Origin: a virus
Lineage: Duplodnaviria > Caudoviricetes
Reading direction: 5' to 3' (one strand)
DNA: 30,028 nt
Virus record (IMG/VR): IMGVR_UViG_3300032225_001688
Location: 1-30,028 of that record
This document shows, piece by piece, positions 16,609-25,080 of this stretch; position 1 is the stretch's first letter; each line of letters begins with the position of its first letter. Below the pieces are notes generated by a model, which saw nothing but the letters and a program-made list of their open reading frames with translations, had not been told where the DNA came from and made no database searches. A program made the translations under genes and the position numbers.

Positions 16609-16697
16609 CTTGGGATAATTAAGGCAGTGGCTTGAACTATCTATGATCATAGTTTTACTGGAGCAAAAATCGGCGGGTAGCTGTATACTTTAACTCT

Positions 16698-16811
16698 ATG
16701 GATGACAAAGAGCGTCTTAAGCATTGGACATGTTGTTTTTGTGGGAAAATTTATCCCGTTCCAGGATTAGCGAGGGATTGTGAGCTTAAATGCCTAGAGA
16801 AAAGTTCATAG
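16698..16811 (+). CDS. 37-aa Cys-rich protein, possibly leaderless (absent from ORF track)
   Basis: TATACT at 16684-16689, 8 nt before ATG; WTCCFCGKIYPVPGLARDCELKC. Confidence 0.6.
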   Translation: MDDKERLKHWTCCFCGKIYPVPGLARDCELKCLEKSS

Positions 16812-17284
16812 GTCACAACCTAAATGATGATGAGGCTAATAAGAAGCTCAATCTTGCTGCAGCTATGTTTGGCTTTGCAGACCCTGCATTCCAAAGTGAG
16901 AATGCAGAAGATCCATCTGAAGGTTACACCTCTGAGTACTTCGGTGATGGGTGGGAACAAATGCCAGCTCCATCTACCGGTAAGAGGCGGAGAGCTAGAT
17001 GGATTGGCTACCATCGGGGTATGCAGATGCTAGTTGTTGTCTTTACATATGATCCTCGTAAGAAGGCTAATCCAGGAAAACAGACCAGGGCGGGTGATGT
17101 ACAGCCTTGGGTTCGGTACGAGGATGTAGATTTAGAGATGTGGGAAGAGCTTAAAGGTTATCACTCAACTGGAGAGTGGTTAAAATTCTCAGGGGTAGAA
17201 AATGGTAATTATTACCGTACAAGACCAGGTGAGATAGATAAACTTACAGAAGAATATCTACAGGGTTTAAAAGTACCTAATTAG
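16790..17284 (+). CDS. KTSC-like domain protein
   Basis: RARWIGYHRGMQMLVVVF...VRYEDVDLEMWEELKGYHSTGEWL. Confidence 0.65.
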   Translation: MPREKFIGHNLNDDEANKKLNLAAAMFGFADPAFQSENAEDPSEGYTSEYFGDGWEQMPAPSTGKRRRARWIGYHRGMQMLVVVFTYDPRKKANPGKQTRAGDVQPWVRYEDVDLEMWEELKGYHSTGEWLKFSGVENGNYYRTRPGEIDKLTEEYLQGLKVPN

Positions 17285-17359
17285 GGTTTTATAGGCTATA
17301 ATTATAATAGAGACGCCGAATGGGTCTCAATTAACTTATATCGTCTAAGGAGATATATT

Positions 17360-17860
17360 ATGGCTTCAGGCTACCCTTCAGGTTCCCATCATGATCGTTT
17401 ATCAGATCAGTGGGGCACTAGAAAACAAGTAACACTTCCTTCTCAGCAAGTAACCATCCAAACCCTATTTCCTCAGTTCAATCGCTGGGCTATCGGCTTT
17501 GATCCTATGCTTGATGTATTCAAGCAAGTAGCGGCGCAATCTAAAGCTGCTGGTTATCCACCTTATAACATCTACCGCGATGAGGACACATACGTCCTTG
17601 AGCTGGCTGTTGCGGGCTTTGCTAAGGAAGATATCACAATCTCTGTCAAAGAGCTCCAGTTGACCGTACAAGGCCAATTAGAGGCATCTGAGACTGAACC
17701 TATCCATAAGGGAATTGCAACCAGAGACTTCAAGCAAGACTTCGTATTAGCGGAGTATGTAGTTGTCAAGAGTGCAGAACTCAAAGATGGATTGCTTCGA
17801 ATCACTCTGCAGCAGGAACTCCCAGAAGAGTTACAACCAAAGATCATCAAGATCAAATAA
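17360..17860 (+). CDS. hsp20: Small heat-shock protein (Hsp20/alpha-crystallin, IbpA-like)
   Basis: IGFD, YPPYNI, LAVAGF, HKGIA.R.F, A.LKDGLLRI.L..ELPE..P..I.I; RBS AAGGAG. Confidence 0.95.
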   Translation: MASGYPSGSHHDRLSDQWGTRKQVTLPSQQVTIQTLFPQFNRWAIGFDPMLDVFKQVAAQSKAAGYPPYNIYRDEDTYVLELAVAGFAKEDITISVKELQLTVQGQLEASETEPIHKGIATRDFKQDFVLAEYVVVKSAELKDGLLRITLQQELPEELQPKIIKIK

Positions 17861-17913
17861 CCTGCTATAATTAATAAAGAGCCCTAGTATGGTATCGCCC
17901 AGCTAGGGCACTT

Positions 17914-17985
17914 TGGTCTTTAGCTCAGAGGCAGAGCGGGGAGCTGTTAACTCCTAGGCCCCTGGTTCGATCCCAGGAAGACCAG
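17914..17985 (+). tRNA. trnN: tRNA-Asn(GTT)
   Basis: Acceptor TGGTCTT/AAGACCA with G73; D-arm GCTC/GAGC; anticodon arm GGGAG-CTGTTAA-CTCCT; T-arm CCTGG-TTCGATC-CCAGG; CCA not encoded. Confidence 0.93.
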
Positions 17986-18028
17986 CAAGTGTAAATACAA
18001 GGGCTGCCCGCCGAAAGTTTGGAAAATT

Positions 18029-18136
18029 ATGGAAGATTTAAAATTAGATGTGCTCTGCTTCAATTGCGGGGTGATGTTTACTTTACCTGTAGGAATTAAG
18101 AACCCGACAGCTAGATGCAAGGAGTGCACTGACTAA
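18029..18136 (+). CDS. 35-aa CxxC..CxxC microprotein (absent from ORF track)
   Basis: MEDLKLDVLCFNCGVMF...ARCKECTD; TAATG coupling. Confidence 0.6.
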   Translation: MEDLKLDVLCFNCGVMFTLPVGIKNPTARCKECTD

Positions 18137-18297
18137 TGCCAAGATATGACTATACATGTAATAAATGTAACGCTACTCAAGAGATTGAGCGTGGATTTGG
18201 TGAGGATCATGAACCCACCTGTTGTCAAGAGACTATGAGTCGTATATGGTCCCCTACTGCTACTATATTTCGTGGTGGTGGCTGGGGAGGACAGTAA
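18136..18297 (+). CDS. FmdB-family zinc-ribbon protein (absent from ORF track)
   Basis: MPRYDYTCNKC...PTCC..MSRIWS...FRGGGW; RBS AAGGAG. Confidence 0.85.
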   Translation: MPRYDYTCNKCNATQEIERGFGEDHEPTCCQETMSRIWSPTATIFRGGGWGGQ

Positions 18298-18722
18298 TGT
18301 CAGATAGATATCGGGCTAGAAGGTTTATGCCTTCAGTTGACCCCGATAACTATGCTGCCATTGCAGCTGCCCTAAGAAATGACCGTGAGGCTAGCAGATT
18401 ATGTGGACCAGGTTATGAAGAGATATATGCCCCACAATCTGACCCACTAAGGCCTAGAGCTCAGAAGTGTTGTTATAACCCCGCCACTGAAACGTTAGTC
18501 ATTGTAATGACAGATCCCGGCGTTGGTGGTAGACCGAGATACAGCTGGATACAGTATGATATGGTTAACCCTGAGATGTGGCAAGAACTGCGCTCTGGTA
18601 CTTCTACAAATGAGTTTGTTACCCAAGCCTTAAATGGTTGGCCTTGGTTAACTACATCGTTTGGTCAATTGCCAAGAACTCGCTCTGAAACATTTGACAT
18701 GGGTTTTCAAGAATACTTGTAA
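18297..18722 (+). CDS. KTSC-like domain protein, paralog of 16790..17284 (start moved to MSDRY)
   Basis: RAQKCCYNPATETLVIVM...IQYDMVNPEMWQELRSGTSTNEFV; RBS GGAGG, TAATG coupling. Confidence 0.65.
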   Translation: MSDRYRARRFMPSVDPDNYAAIAAALRNDREASRLCGPGYEEIYAPQSDPLRPRAQKCCYNPATETLVIVMTDPGVGGRPRYSWIQYDMVNPEMWQELRSGTSTNEFVTQALNGWPWLTTSFGQLPRTRSETFDMGFQEYL

Positions 18723-18749
18723 TACTCTAAGTCTCTACGAGAGGGTACG

Positions 18750-19316
18750 ATGACAACGCTAGTAGCTATACAAGGTGACGGCTGGTCTGTTATTGGATGT
18801 GACTCACGTGCATCTGATGAGGGTGGGCGCTTTATGGATTTAGCTACTCATAAAGTTATAAACAATAGTGGCGTATTGATTGCAGTCTCCGGCGCTTCTA
18901 GAGGCGGAAACATTGCACAGTTTGGTTGGGTGCCTCCTAAACCTACTAAAACTGAAAATCTTGATAAGTTCATGACTAATAAGTTTATCCCATCACTTCG
19001 TAAAGCTTTTCAAGATTCTGGCTTTGAAGGTAAGGAAGATGGAGATGCTGCGTGGCACGACTCCAATTTAATTGTCTCTATACGTGGAGTACTGTACCCA
19101 ATTTTTAATGACTACTCGTGGGATCGTGAAGCCCGAAATGTTTATTATGCCGGTTCAGGCGGGGATGTTGCTCTTGGGGCACTTGAGGCGCTAGACTACT
19201 CTAAGGTAAAAACTCCAGAGGCTGCCGAAAAAATCTTGCGTAAAGCTGTAGAGATTGCCTGTAAGCACGATATTTATTCCGGCGGAAAAATTATTACACA
19301 CATACAAATCGCCTAA
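18750..19316 (+). CDS. Proteasome beta-subunit/HslV-like Ntn threonine peptidase
   Basis: N-terminal M-TT, GCDSRAS, conserved K, AGSGG..ALGAL, D.YSGG. Confidence 0.88.
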   Translation: MTTLVAIQGDGWSVIGCDSRASDEGGRFMDLATHKVINNSGVLIAVSGASRGGNIAQFGWVPPKPTKTENLDKFMTNKFIPSLRKAFQDSGFEGKEDGDAAWHDSNLIVSIRGVLYPIFNDYSWDREARNVYYAGSGGDVALGALEALDYSKVKTPEAAEKILRKAVEIACKHDIYSGGKIITHIQIA

Positions 19317-19386
19317 TCCTTAATACTATATATCCGTCCCTAAGTGCACCGGGACTATAACCCTCTATATAGAAAAAGGTAAAATA

Positions 19387-20358
19387 ATGGCCGTAAATAA
19401 CAATGGCAATTTGCTTGATACCTCAGGCAACGTTGCAGTAGATTTCGTATGGGGAAACTTCCCTATGCAACCAAACGATGATCGCACAGATGGAACAGCT
19501 GTTGAAAAGGTTGCAAATAATGCATCTGAAAACAAGCAGTGGTCAGGATACTCAGTTTATCCAAGTGCTCGTCTAAACGCATCTTACGATAGCCACGCTA
19601 TCGCAGAAGCAGAGTGGGCTAACTATCCTTCATTTATTGCAGCTGAACCTAATTACATGGTTTCAGCAGTATCAGGTGATGGAACAACAGTTACATACAC
19701 ATGTCAGAATTACTTCAAGGGTGGAGAGACCGTAAACATTACAGGTCTTACAGCTTCAGCTTATAACCTTTCATCAGCAACAGTTGTAAACCCAACTAAG
19801 GTTTCATTCCAAGTTACTAACGCAGCTAACGCTGGTTTGATCACAGGACAGTACGGTAAGGTTCAATCAACAACTGCTATTACAGCAGCTGATGGTGCAG
19901 GAATTGCTTACATCAATGTACCTTCAGTAATTGGTAATACAACCGCTGTTGCTCTTGATCAACTTCTAGATGCTGGCTACGAAGCAGCTAATATCACAAC
20001 TGCAACAGCAGCTACAAACGCAGCTTCAACAATCACAGCAGTTTCACGTACTCTTACAGCAGCAACAATTACCTCTTCAGGTGCTGGTGCAAAGTACCCA
20101 GTTGGAACAAAGATTACAGTTGCATCACTTGTTTCTCCAGATACAGCACTAAACGGTACTTGGACAGTTACAGCAGTTGCTACAAATACTGTTTCTTTCA
20201 CAACCACAACATCAGGTACTCTTTCAACAACAGGTCTTTCTGTTGCTGGACTTACAGGTGTTGCTGGAACAATCAAGACTCAGTCAACAGCAGCAGGCGC
20301 TGCCTCAACTGCAACAACAGCAACAATCACAATTACACCGTTTGCAACAGCCTCATAA
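19387..20358 (+). CDS. Thr/Ala-rich beta-strand protein with PASTA-like segment, probable virion surface protein
   Basis: Two similar beta modules (GETVNITGL, GTKITVASL) around VPSVIGNTTAVALDQLLDAG; own promoter and terminator; strong codon bias. Confidence 0.6.
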   Translation: MAVNNNGNLLDTSGNVAVDFVWGNFPMQPNDDRTDGTAVEKVANNASENKQWSGYSVYPSARLNASYDSHAIAEAEWANYPSFIAAEPNYMVSAVSGDGTTVTYTCQNYFKGGETVNITGLTASAYNLSSATVVNPTKVSFQVTNAANAGLITGQYGKVQSTTAITAADGAGIAYINVPSVIGNTTAVALDQLLDAGYEAANITTATAATNAASTITAVSRTLTAATITSSGAGAKYPVGTKITVASLVSPDTALNGTWTVTAVATNTVSFTTTTSGTLSTTGLSVAGLTGVAGTIKTQSTAAGAASTATTATITITPFATAS

Positions 20359-20376
20359 GCTTAAAGCAAATAAAAG

Positions 20377-20409
20377 AGCCGGGAGTTCACGCTCCCGGCT
20401 TTTTGCTTT
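20377..20409 (+). terminator. Intrinsic terminator
   Basis: AGCCGGGAG-TTCACG-CTCCCGGCT-TTTTGCTTT. Confidence 0.88.
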
Positions 20410-20426
20410 AGTGAGACAATACTCCT

Positions 20427-20702
20427 ATGACCCATCCAAAGAAGAAACATCGCCAATTTAAATTAGGTGTAAAAGATGCCTCTGTTGTAGGCAGATTAGG
20501 TGGGGGATATCCTGTATACGGGACATTAGACTGGTACCAACAACTTTATGGTGTAGGATTAACCGGTGTAGGAAACTATGGCGGATCTAATATCGACTCA
20601 ACATCAAATCAAGAAACGGGTAATGATGGCACAGATAGCGGAGCAGCAACAGCAACTGGAGATGCAGCTGGAAGTTCAGGCGACGGGGCGGGTGCAGTGT
20701 GA
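20427..20702 (+). CDS. Gly-rich hypothetical protein
   Basis: 91 aa; overlaps the next gene by 80 nt. Confidence 0.55.
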   Translation: MTHPKKKHRQFKLGVKDASVVGRLGGGYPVYGTLDWYQQLYGVGLTGVGNYGGSNIDSTSNQETGNDGTDSGAATATGDAAGSSGDGAGAV

Positions 20703-20844
20703 TTCTTGCTCTGCTCGAGCAATGATCGTATCTATTCTGCCGTATGGCGAGTTATCTTTCTGTATGCACCACTATAATCAACACGCTCAAGCACTTACAG
20801 ATCAGGGCGGAATTGCTAAACTTTTATCTGTAACTGAAGACTAG
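20623..20844 (+). CDS. Small actinobacterial zinc-binding protein (DUF7455-like)
   Basis: CDSCSARA...GELSFCMHHYNQHAQAL; start uncertain. Confidence 0.65.
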   Translation: MMAQIAEQQQQLEMQLEVQATGRVQCDSCSARAMIVSILPYGELSFCMHHYNQHAQALTDQGGIAKLLSVTED

Positions 20845-20857
20845 GATCGGAAACCAC

Positions 20858-21763
20858 ATGAATTTTGGCAAAGGCGGACAAAATATTGTCCAGGCTGGTA
20901 GCGGCGGCTCTAATGTATTTAAAGGTTTTGGCGGAAACATTTTAGAGACCTATCTTGGAACTAAACTTCGCCGTGGTGAACGTGATTATCACCGTGAAAA
21001 AGATGAAGAGTCTCGCATCCGTATTAATGATGCATCTCATCTGTCAAGAGTAAAAGCTAATGCGCTTGAAGGCCTTTTGCAACCACAAATTGCATCAAAT
21101 TATTATGACCAGGCATTTAAAACTTATGGTGAAAATCACCCAGAAGTTTTAGCTGGAAATAAACAAGCAAATGATCCAATTCGCCCTGAGTTTGCAAAAG
21201 CAGTTTTTGAACGAGGAGTAACGTCCGGTAAGCACGGAGTATTTCCTGCCCAAGTTCCTGCAAGTGTTTTTCAAGGTCAAAATTGGGAAGCATCTCGTGA
21301 AGCAAAACAAAATAGTAAAACTTCTAAAGATGATACTTCTGCAACAGTTGCTCGTTTTGGAAAAGACGGTAAAATTACACGTGAACCAGTTAGCTATGGA
21401 GATATTGGGGTTGAAGAAAGTTTTTCTGAACGTCCTCCTGCAAGTATGACTAAAGTTGATGAGTCTACTCGCCCAAGTAACCAAACCTTTACTCCACAGC
21501 AAAAAGCAGATTTAGAAAAAGAACGACCAAGAACATCTAATCTTAATATGGGTATAAATGAAAGTCGTCAACCTTCTGCAAATGATGTTAGTGAAGCAGT
21601 TGGTTTAGGAAAAGTTACTTTAGAAGAAGCGTCTGATTTGTCTCCTACACATAATCGGATTTATAAGCCAATTATTAACGATGCTCCAGATTCAGACATT
21701 GATATTAACGAAACACATAAACGAGCAGGTTTAAACAACAACACAGAAGGAACTAAATACTAA
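20858..21763 (+). CDS. Hydrophilic hypothetical protein
   Basis: 301 aa; RBS AGGA; TAATG coupling to the next gene. Confidence 0.8.
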   Translation: MNFGKGGQNIVQAGSGGSNVFKGFGGNILETYLGTKLRRGERDYHREKDEESRIRINDASHLSRVKANALEGLLQPQIASNYYDQAFKTYGENHPEVLAGNKQANDPIRPEFAKAVFERGVTSGKHGVFPAQVPASVFQGQNWEASREAKQNSKTSKDDTSATVARFGKDGKITREPVSYGDIGVEESFSERPPASMTKVDESTRPSNQTFTPQQKADLEKERPRTSNLNMGINESRQPSANDVSEAVGLGKVTLEEASDLSPTHNRIYKPIINDAPDSDIDINETHKRAGLNNNTEGTKY

Positions 21764-23961
21764 TGGCTGGTCAATTTGATAAGTATGTAAAGATTCTTGG
21801 CAATGGTTCACGCCCAGATCGTTTCCAGGGTGTTCCGGAACAATATGCAGGTGACCCTAACGCAGTACCAGATATGGTTGTTCCACCGCTTCTTACTGTA
21901 GAAGATACAATAAATGTTGGCGGTAAAGATAAAAATATTACAAGATCTGCCGTAAATGTTGCTCAAGGGCGTAAAGCAGATCTTGCAGCACGAGATCTAG
22001 AATTGCAACGTAAAGAACTTCGTGGTAATGCACGTAAGCGTCAAGCTCAAGGCCTTAGCACTACAACTATGCGTCTTAATGAAAAAACAGGGGAGGCATA
22101 TGATACTGAAGAAAATAAGCCTGCTCCTTCAGGCCGTGTTATGCCTACCCGTCAAGCTAACCCTAAATATTTAGCTGCAGATGCTCAACGTCGAAATGAA
22201 GATATAGCCGCAGAGACTGAGGCAGATGATCGTAGATCAGGCATTACTAAAAGTGATGAGTATCTTGCCGAACAATCATTTAATAAGTCTGAAAAAACTA
22301 AAGGCTCTAATACTCGTTCTGTAAATGGAGTTACCTTTGACGCACGTGATTACCAAGCTGAAGGGCCAGAGGGAATAAGAGATACACGCCCCCTACAACC
22401 TTCCCCATCTCTACTTCAATCATCTACTTTTGCAGATTCACAAGCTGAAGCCCAGGCTAAGTCTAAATTTAGAGATTATGAAAAACCTTCTGGAAAAGTT
22501 TCTGACTATAAGCCTACAAAAAGTAAGGGTGATCTTGCTGCTGACAAATCAGAGGCGCTTCTTGCTCAAGGTGCAAGAATTGCAGACAAAAAAGACAAAG
22601 AAGGCCCTACAACTGTAGATTACGGCGATACTCTTTCTCCAGAAAATAAAAGCGTTACAAATCCTTATGATGAAAAAGGTAATGTAAAGCCAGAATATAA
22701 TAATCCTAACAATATTTACAGCACAACTATGAGTGAGCAGAACGGTGAGATTGTAGAAGGCGGCATTCAAAAAGCTCCTTATACAAAGCCAGAGAATTGG
22801 ACAAAGCCAACTAAATATCCAAAGCCAGTAGCTCCTAAACCTCGTGTTCTACCTGCAAGTGTATTAAATACATCTGGAACTGAAAGAATTGATGTAAGAC
22901 AGGCTGAAATTGAACGCAGACTCCATGTTGCAAATAAAACTATGCCTACTAAAACAACTGTTCTAGATCCAAATGAACTCCCTGCTAGACCTCAAGCAGG
23001 TCAAACTCCTGAAGCAGGACTGATTGCAGCAGCAAAGCGTGAAACACGTGCTACAAATCTTGCTGCTGAAGGTAAGGAAATGACAACTGTTGCACCAGAA
23101 GTTATGGCTACAGCAAAGCGTCTTGGTAAAACATCTATGTATAACCTTACTCCGGATTATATGAATCAAACAGCGTTTTTATCCCATGAGGCTATTCAAA
23201 AGGCAACTGTTGCTCACGCTTTCGGTGTACACGATTTACTAGGGACTGAAAACGATAAGCTTCATCAATATCTTGGTGGAAGTCCTTTATTGGCTAAGTC
23301 TCGCCTAGCAACTGCATATAAAATTGTTGACCGCAACCGTCGTGGGCTTCCTGAAAAAAATGCTGGGGAGTTTGATGTTCTACGCGGTATGGTTCATGCT
23401 GGCACTAACGCATCAAAAACTAGACGTGGTCTTGTTCAGGGTAAGACAAGTAAAGTTATTGTTAACGGACAGAGTGTTACTCTTGCTGAAGGATCTCCAG
23501 AAAATCGTGCACTTACCCACGCAAAGGCAAGTAAAGTTGTTGATGAAACTGAGGCTGCACCTAAGTCTGCTATTGGTGTTGGGACACCATATGCACCTGA
23601 AGCTGGACTTAACCGTTATGGAAAACGCAAAGTTGGAGAGCCTCTTGAAAAAGCTGAGCTAACAGACTTTAGTCCTGCAGAACTTCGTAATAAGAAAATG
23701 GTACCAGGCGCCGATGATTCAAAGGCTAAGATGGGCCCAGTAGAAAAAGAAGTAACTTCAGAGGCACCAACTGTTGCTGAAAGACTTAAAAAAGGCCCAA
23801 AGAATAACACCCCAAAGGAAAAGGCACCAGTAACCAATACTTTTGCAAAAGTTACAGGCACTGATTTTCTAAAACAATCTGCTGAACGTCAGAACCTAAA
23901 AAGTACAACTATGCGTCTTAATGAAAAAGGCGAAGCATACGATACTGAAGATAAGAAGTAG
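21763..23961 (+). CDS. Large, probably disordered hypothetical protein with internal repeat
   Basis: 732 aa, no Cys; TTMRLNEK(T)GEAYDTE occurs twice. Confidence 0.85.
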   Translation: MAGQFDKYVKILGNGSRPDRFQGVPEQYAGDPNAVPDMVVPPLLTVEDTINVGGKDKNITRSAVNVAQGRKADLAARDLELQRKELRGNARKRQAQGLSTTTMRLNEKTGEAYDTEENKPAPSGRVMPTRQANPKYLAADAQRRNEDIAAETEADDRRSGITKSDEYLAEQSFNKSEKTKGSNTRSVNGVTFDARDYQAEGPEGIRDTRPLQPSPSLLQSSTFADSQAEAQAKSKFRDYEKPSGKVSDYKPTKSKGDLAADKSEALLAQGARIADKKDKEGPTTVDYGDTLSPENKSVTNPYDEKGNVKPEYNNPNNIYSTTMSEQNGEIVEGGIQKAPYTKPENWTKPTKYPKPVAPKPRVLPASVLNTSGTERIDVRQAEIERRLHVANKTMPTKTTVLDPNELPARPQAGQTPEAGLIAAAKRETRATNLAAEGKEMTTVAPEVMATAKRLGKTSMYNLTPDYMNQTAFLSHEAIQKATVAHAFGVHDLLGTENDKLHQYLGGSPLLAKSRLATAYKIVDRNRRGLPEKNAGEFDVLRGMVHAGTNASKTRRGLVQGKTSKVIVNGQSVTLAEGSPENRALTHAKASKVVDETEAAPKSAIGVGTPYAPEAGLNRYGKRKVGEPLEKAELTDFSPAELRNKKMVPGADDSKAKMGPVEKEVTSEAPTVAERLKKGPKNNTPKEKAPVTNTFAKVTGTDFLKQSAERQNLKSTTMRLNEKGEAYDTEDKK

Positions 23962-23969
23962 GTTTAAAA

Positions 23970-24152
23970 ATGTCACGCTCAGAGGTTTTCTCGTCTAAAC
24001 CTCGTGAGGTTCAGGTTCCTAGGAATCTGCGCCATAACGCACGAGAAGCTGCAGAGTACCTAACAGGTCTTAAGCCTGATCAAGCTGATGACTCACATGT
24101 TATCACCCGCCAGCGTTATGGTCGTGGTGCTAGTGGGGAGTCCTCAAACTAA
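23970..24152 (+). CDS. Hypothetical protein
   Basis: 60 aa; TAATG coupling. Confidence 0.65.
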   Translation: MSRSEVFSSKPREVQVPRNLRHNAREAAEYLTGLKPDQADDSHVITRQRYGRGASGESSN

Positions 24153-24358
24153 TGGGACACTCTAACAATACTGTATATACTAACGGCGGAGAATTTAACG
24201 GCCGTGGCGTGCATAAATGGCATTGCTTAGATTGTTCTTGGAACCATCAAGAAGTTGGTGGGCGTAAAGAACAAAATCGTGGGCAACGTAAAGCAGAGAG
24301 CCATAAGTGCTATAATTCTGCTAATGACTCTTGGAGTAATCGAAAGGACTTACAGTAA
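24152..24358 (+). CDS. Hypothetical protein with CxxC..HxC motif
   Basis: 68 aa; TAATG coupling on both sides. Confidence 0.7.
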   Translation: MGHSNNTVYTNGGEFNGRGVHKWHCLDCSWNHQEVGGRKEQNRGQRKAESHKCYNSANDSWSNRKDLQ

Positions 24359-24633
24359 TGGCAACTAAATCAAAACCAAAAACAGCCGCATGGACACGCA
24401 AAGAAGGTAAGAACCCAGAAGGCGGATTAAACGCTAAGGGTCGTGCTTCTGCTAAGGCAGAGGGTCATAACCTTAAGCCACCTGTTTCTGCTAAAGAAGC
24501 AAAGAAGTCCCCTAAGTCTGCTGCACGCCGTAAATCATTTTGTGCACGTATGGGCGGTGTAGACGGCCCAATGAAAGACAAAAATGGTAAGCCTACACGT
24601 AAGGCTCTTGCACTTCGTAAGTGGGACTGCTAA
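24358..24633 (+). CDS. Small basic phage protein (DUF6321-like)
   Basis: GGLNAKGRAS...RRKSFCARMGG...ALRKWDC. Confidence 0.75.
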   Translation: MATKSKPKTAAWTRKEGKNPEGGLNAKGRASAKAEGHNLKPPVSAKEAKKSPKSAARRKSFCARMGGVDGPMKDKNGKPTRKALALRKWDC

Positions 24634-24842
24634 TGGCTACTGCAAAGAAAGCTGCTGCAAAACCAAAGACAAAGTCTAAGGTTAATGAGGCTGGAAACTA
24701 TACCAAGCCTGGTATGCGTAAATCATTATTTAATAAAATTAAGGCCGGTACTAAAGGCGGAGATCCAGGCGAATGGTCTGCTCGTAAAGCTCAGTTATTA
24801 GCATCTGAGTATAAGAAAGCTGGCGGAGGCTACAAGGACTAA
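24633..24842 (+). CDS. Small basic phage protein (start moved to MATAK)
   Basis: NYTKPGMR..IKAGTKGGDPGEWSARKAQLLASEYKKAGGGY. Confidence 0.75.
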   Translation: MATAKKAAAKPKTKSKVNEAGNYTKPGMRKSLFNKIKAGTKGGDPGEWSARKAQLLASEYKKAGGGYKD

Positions 24843-24843
24843 A

Positions 24844-25080
24844 ATGGCTAAAGCTAAATCGCAGCAGTCTTTAAGTAAGTGGACCAAGGAAAAGTGGCGT
24901 ACCTCTGACGGTAAAGAATCTAAAGGTAAAAAACGCTATCTTCCAGATAAAGCTTGGGATTCCCTATCTTCATCAGAAAAAGCTGCAACAAATAAGGCTA
25001 AAGCAAAAGGAAACAAATCAGGTAAGCAATTTGTTGCACAACCAAAAAAGGTAGCAAAGAAAACAGCGAAGTACAGATAA
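24844..25080 (+). CDS. Small basic phage protein (DUF5872-like)
   Basis: SLSKWTKEKWRTSDGK..RYLPDKAWDSLS..EKAATN..K..GKQFVAQP. Confidence 0.75.
   Translation: MAKAKSQQSLSKWTKEKWRTSDGKESKGKKRYLPDKAWDSLSSSEKAATNKAKAKGNKSGKQFVAQPKKVAKKTAKYR

Noticed and set aside
17947-18129. 60-aa minus-strand ORF, and the 18222 TTG start of the KTSC-like gene
   Set aside because: They overlap the tRNA and the better-supported + strand microproteins including FmdB
20177-20461. Gln-rich ORFs in alternative frames
   Set aside because: By-product of ACA/GCA codon runs in the 19387-20358 gene
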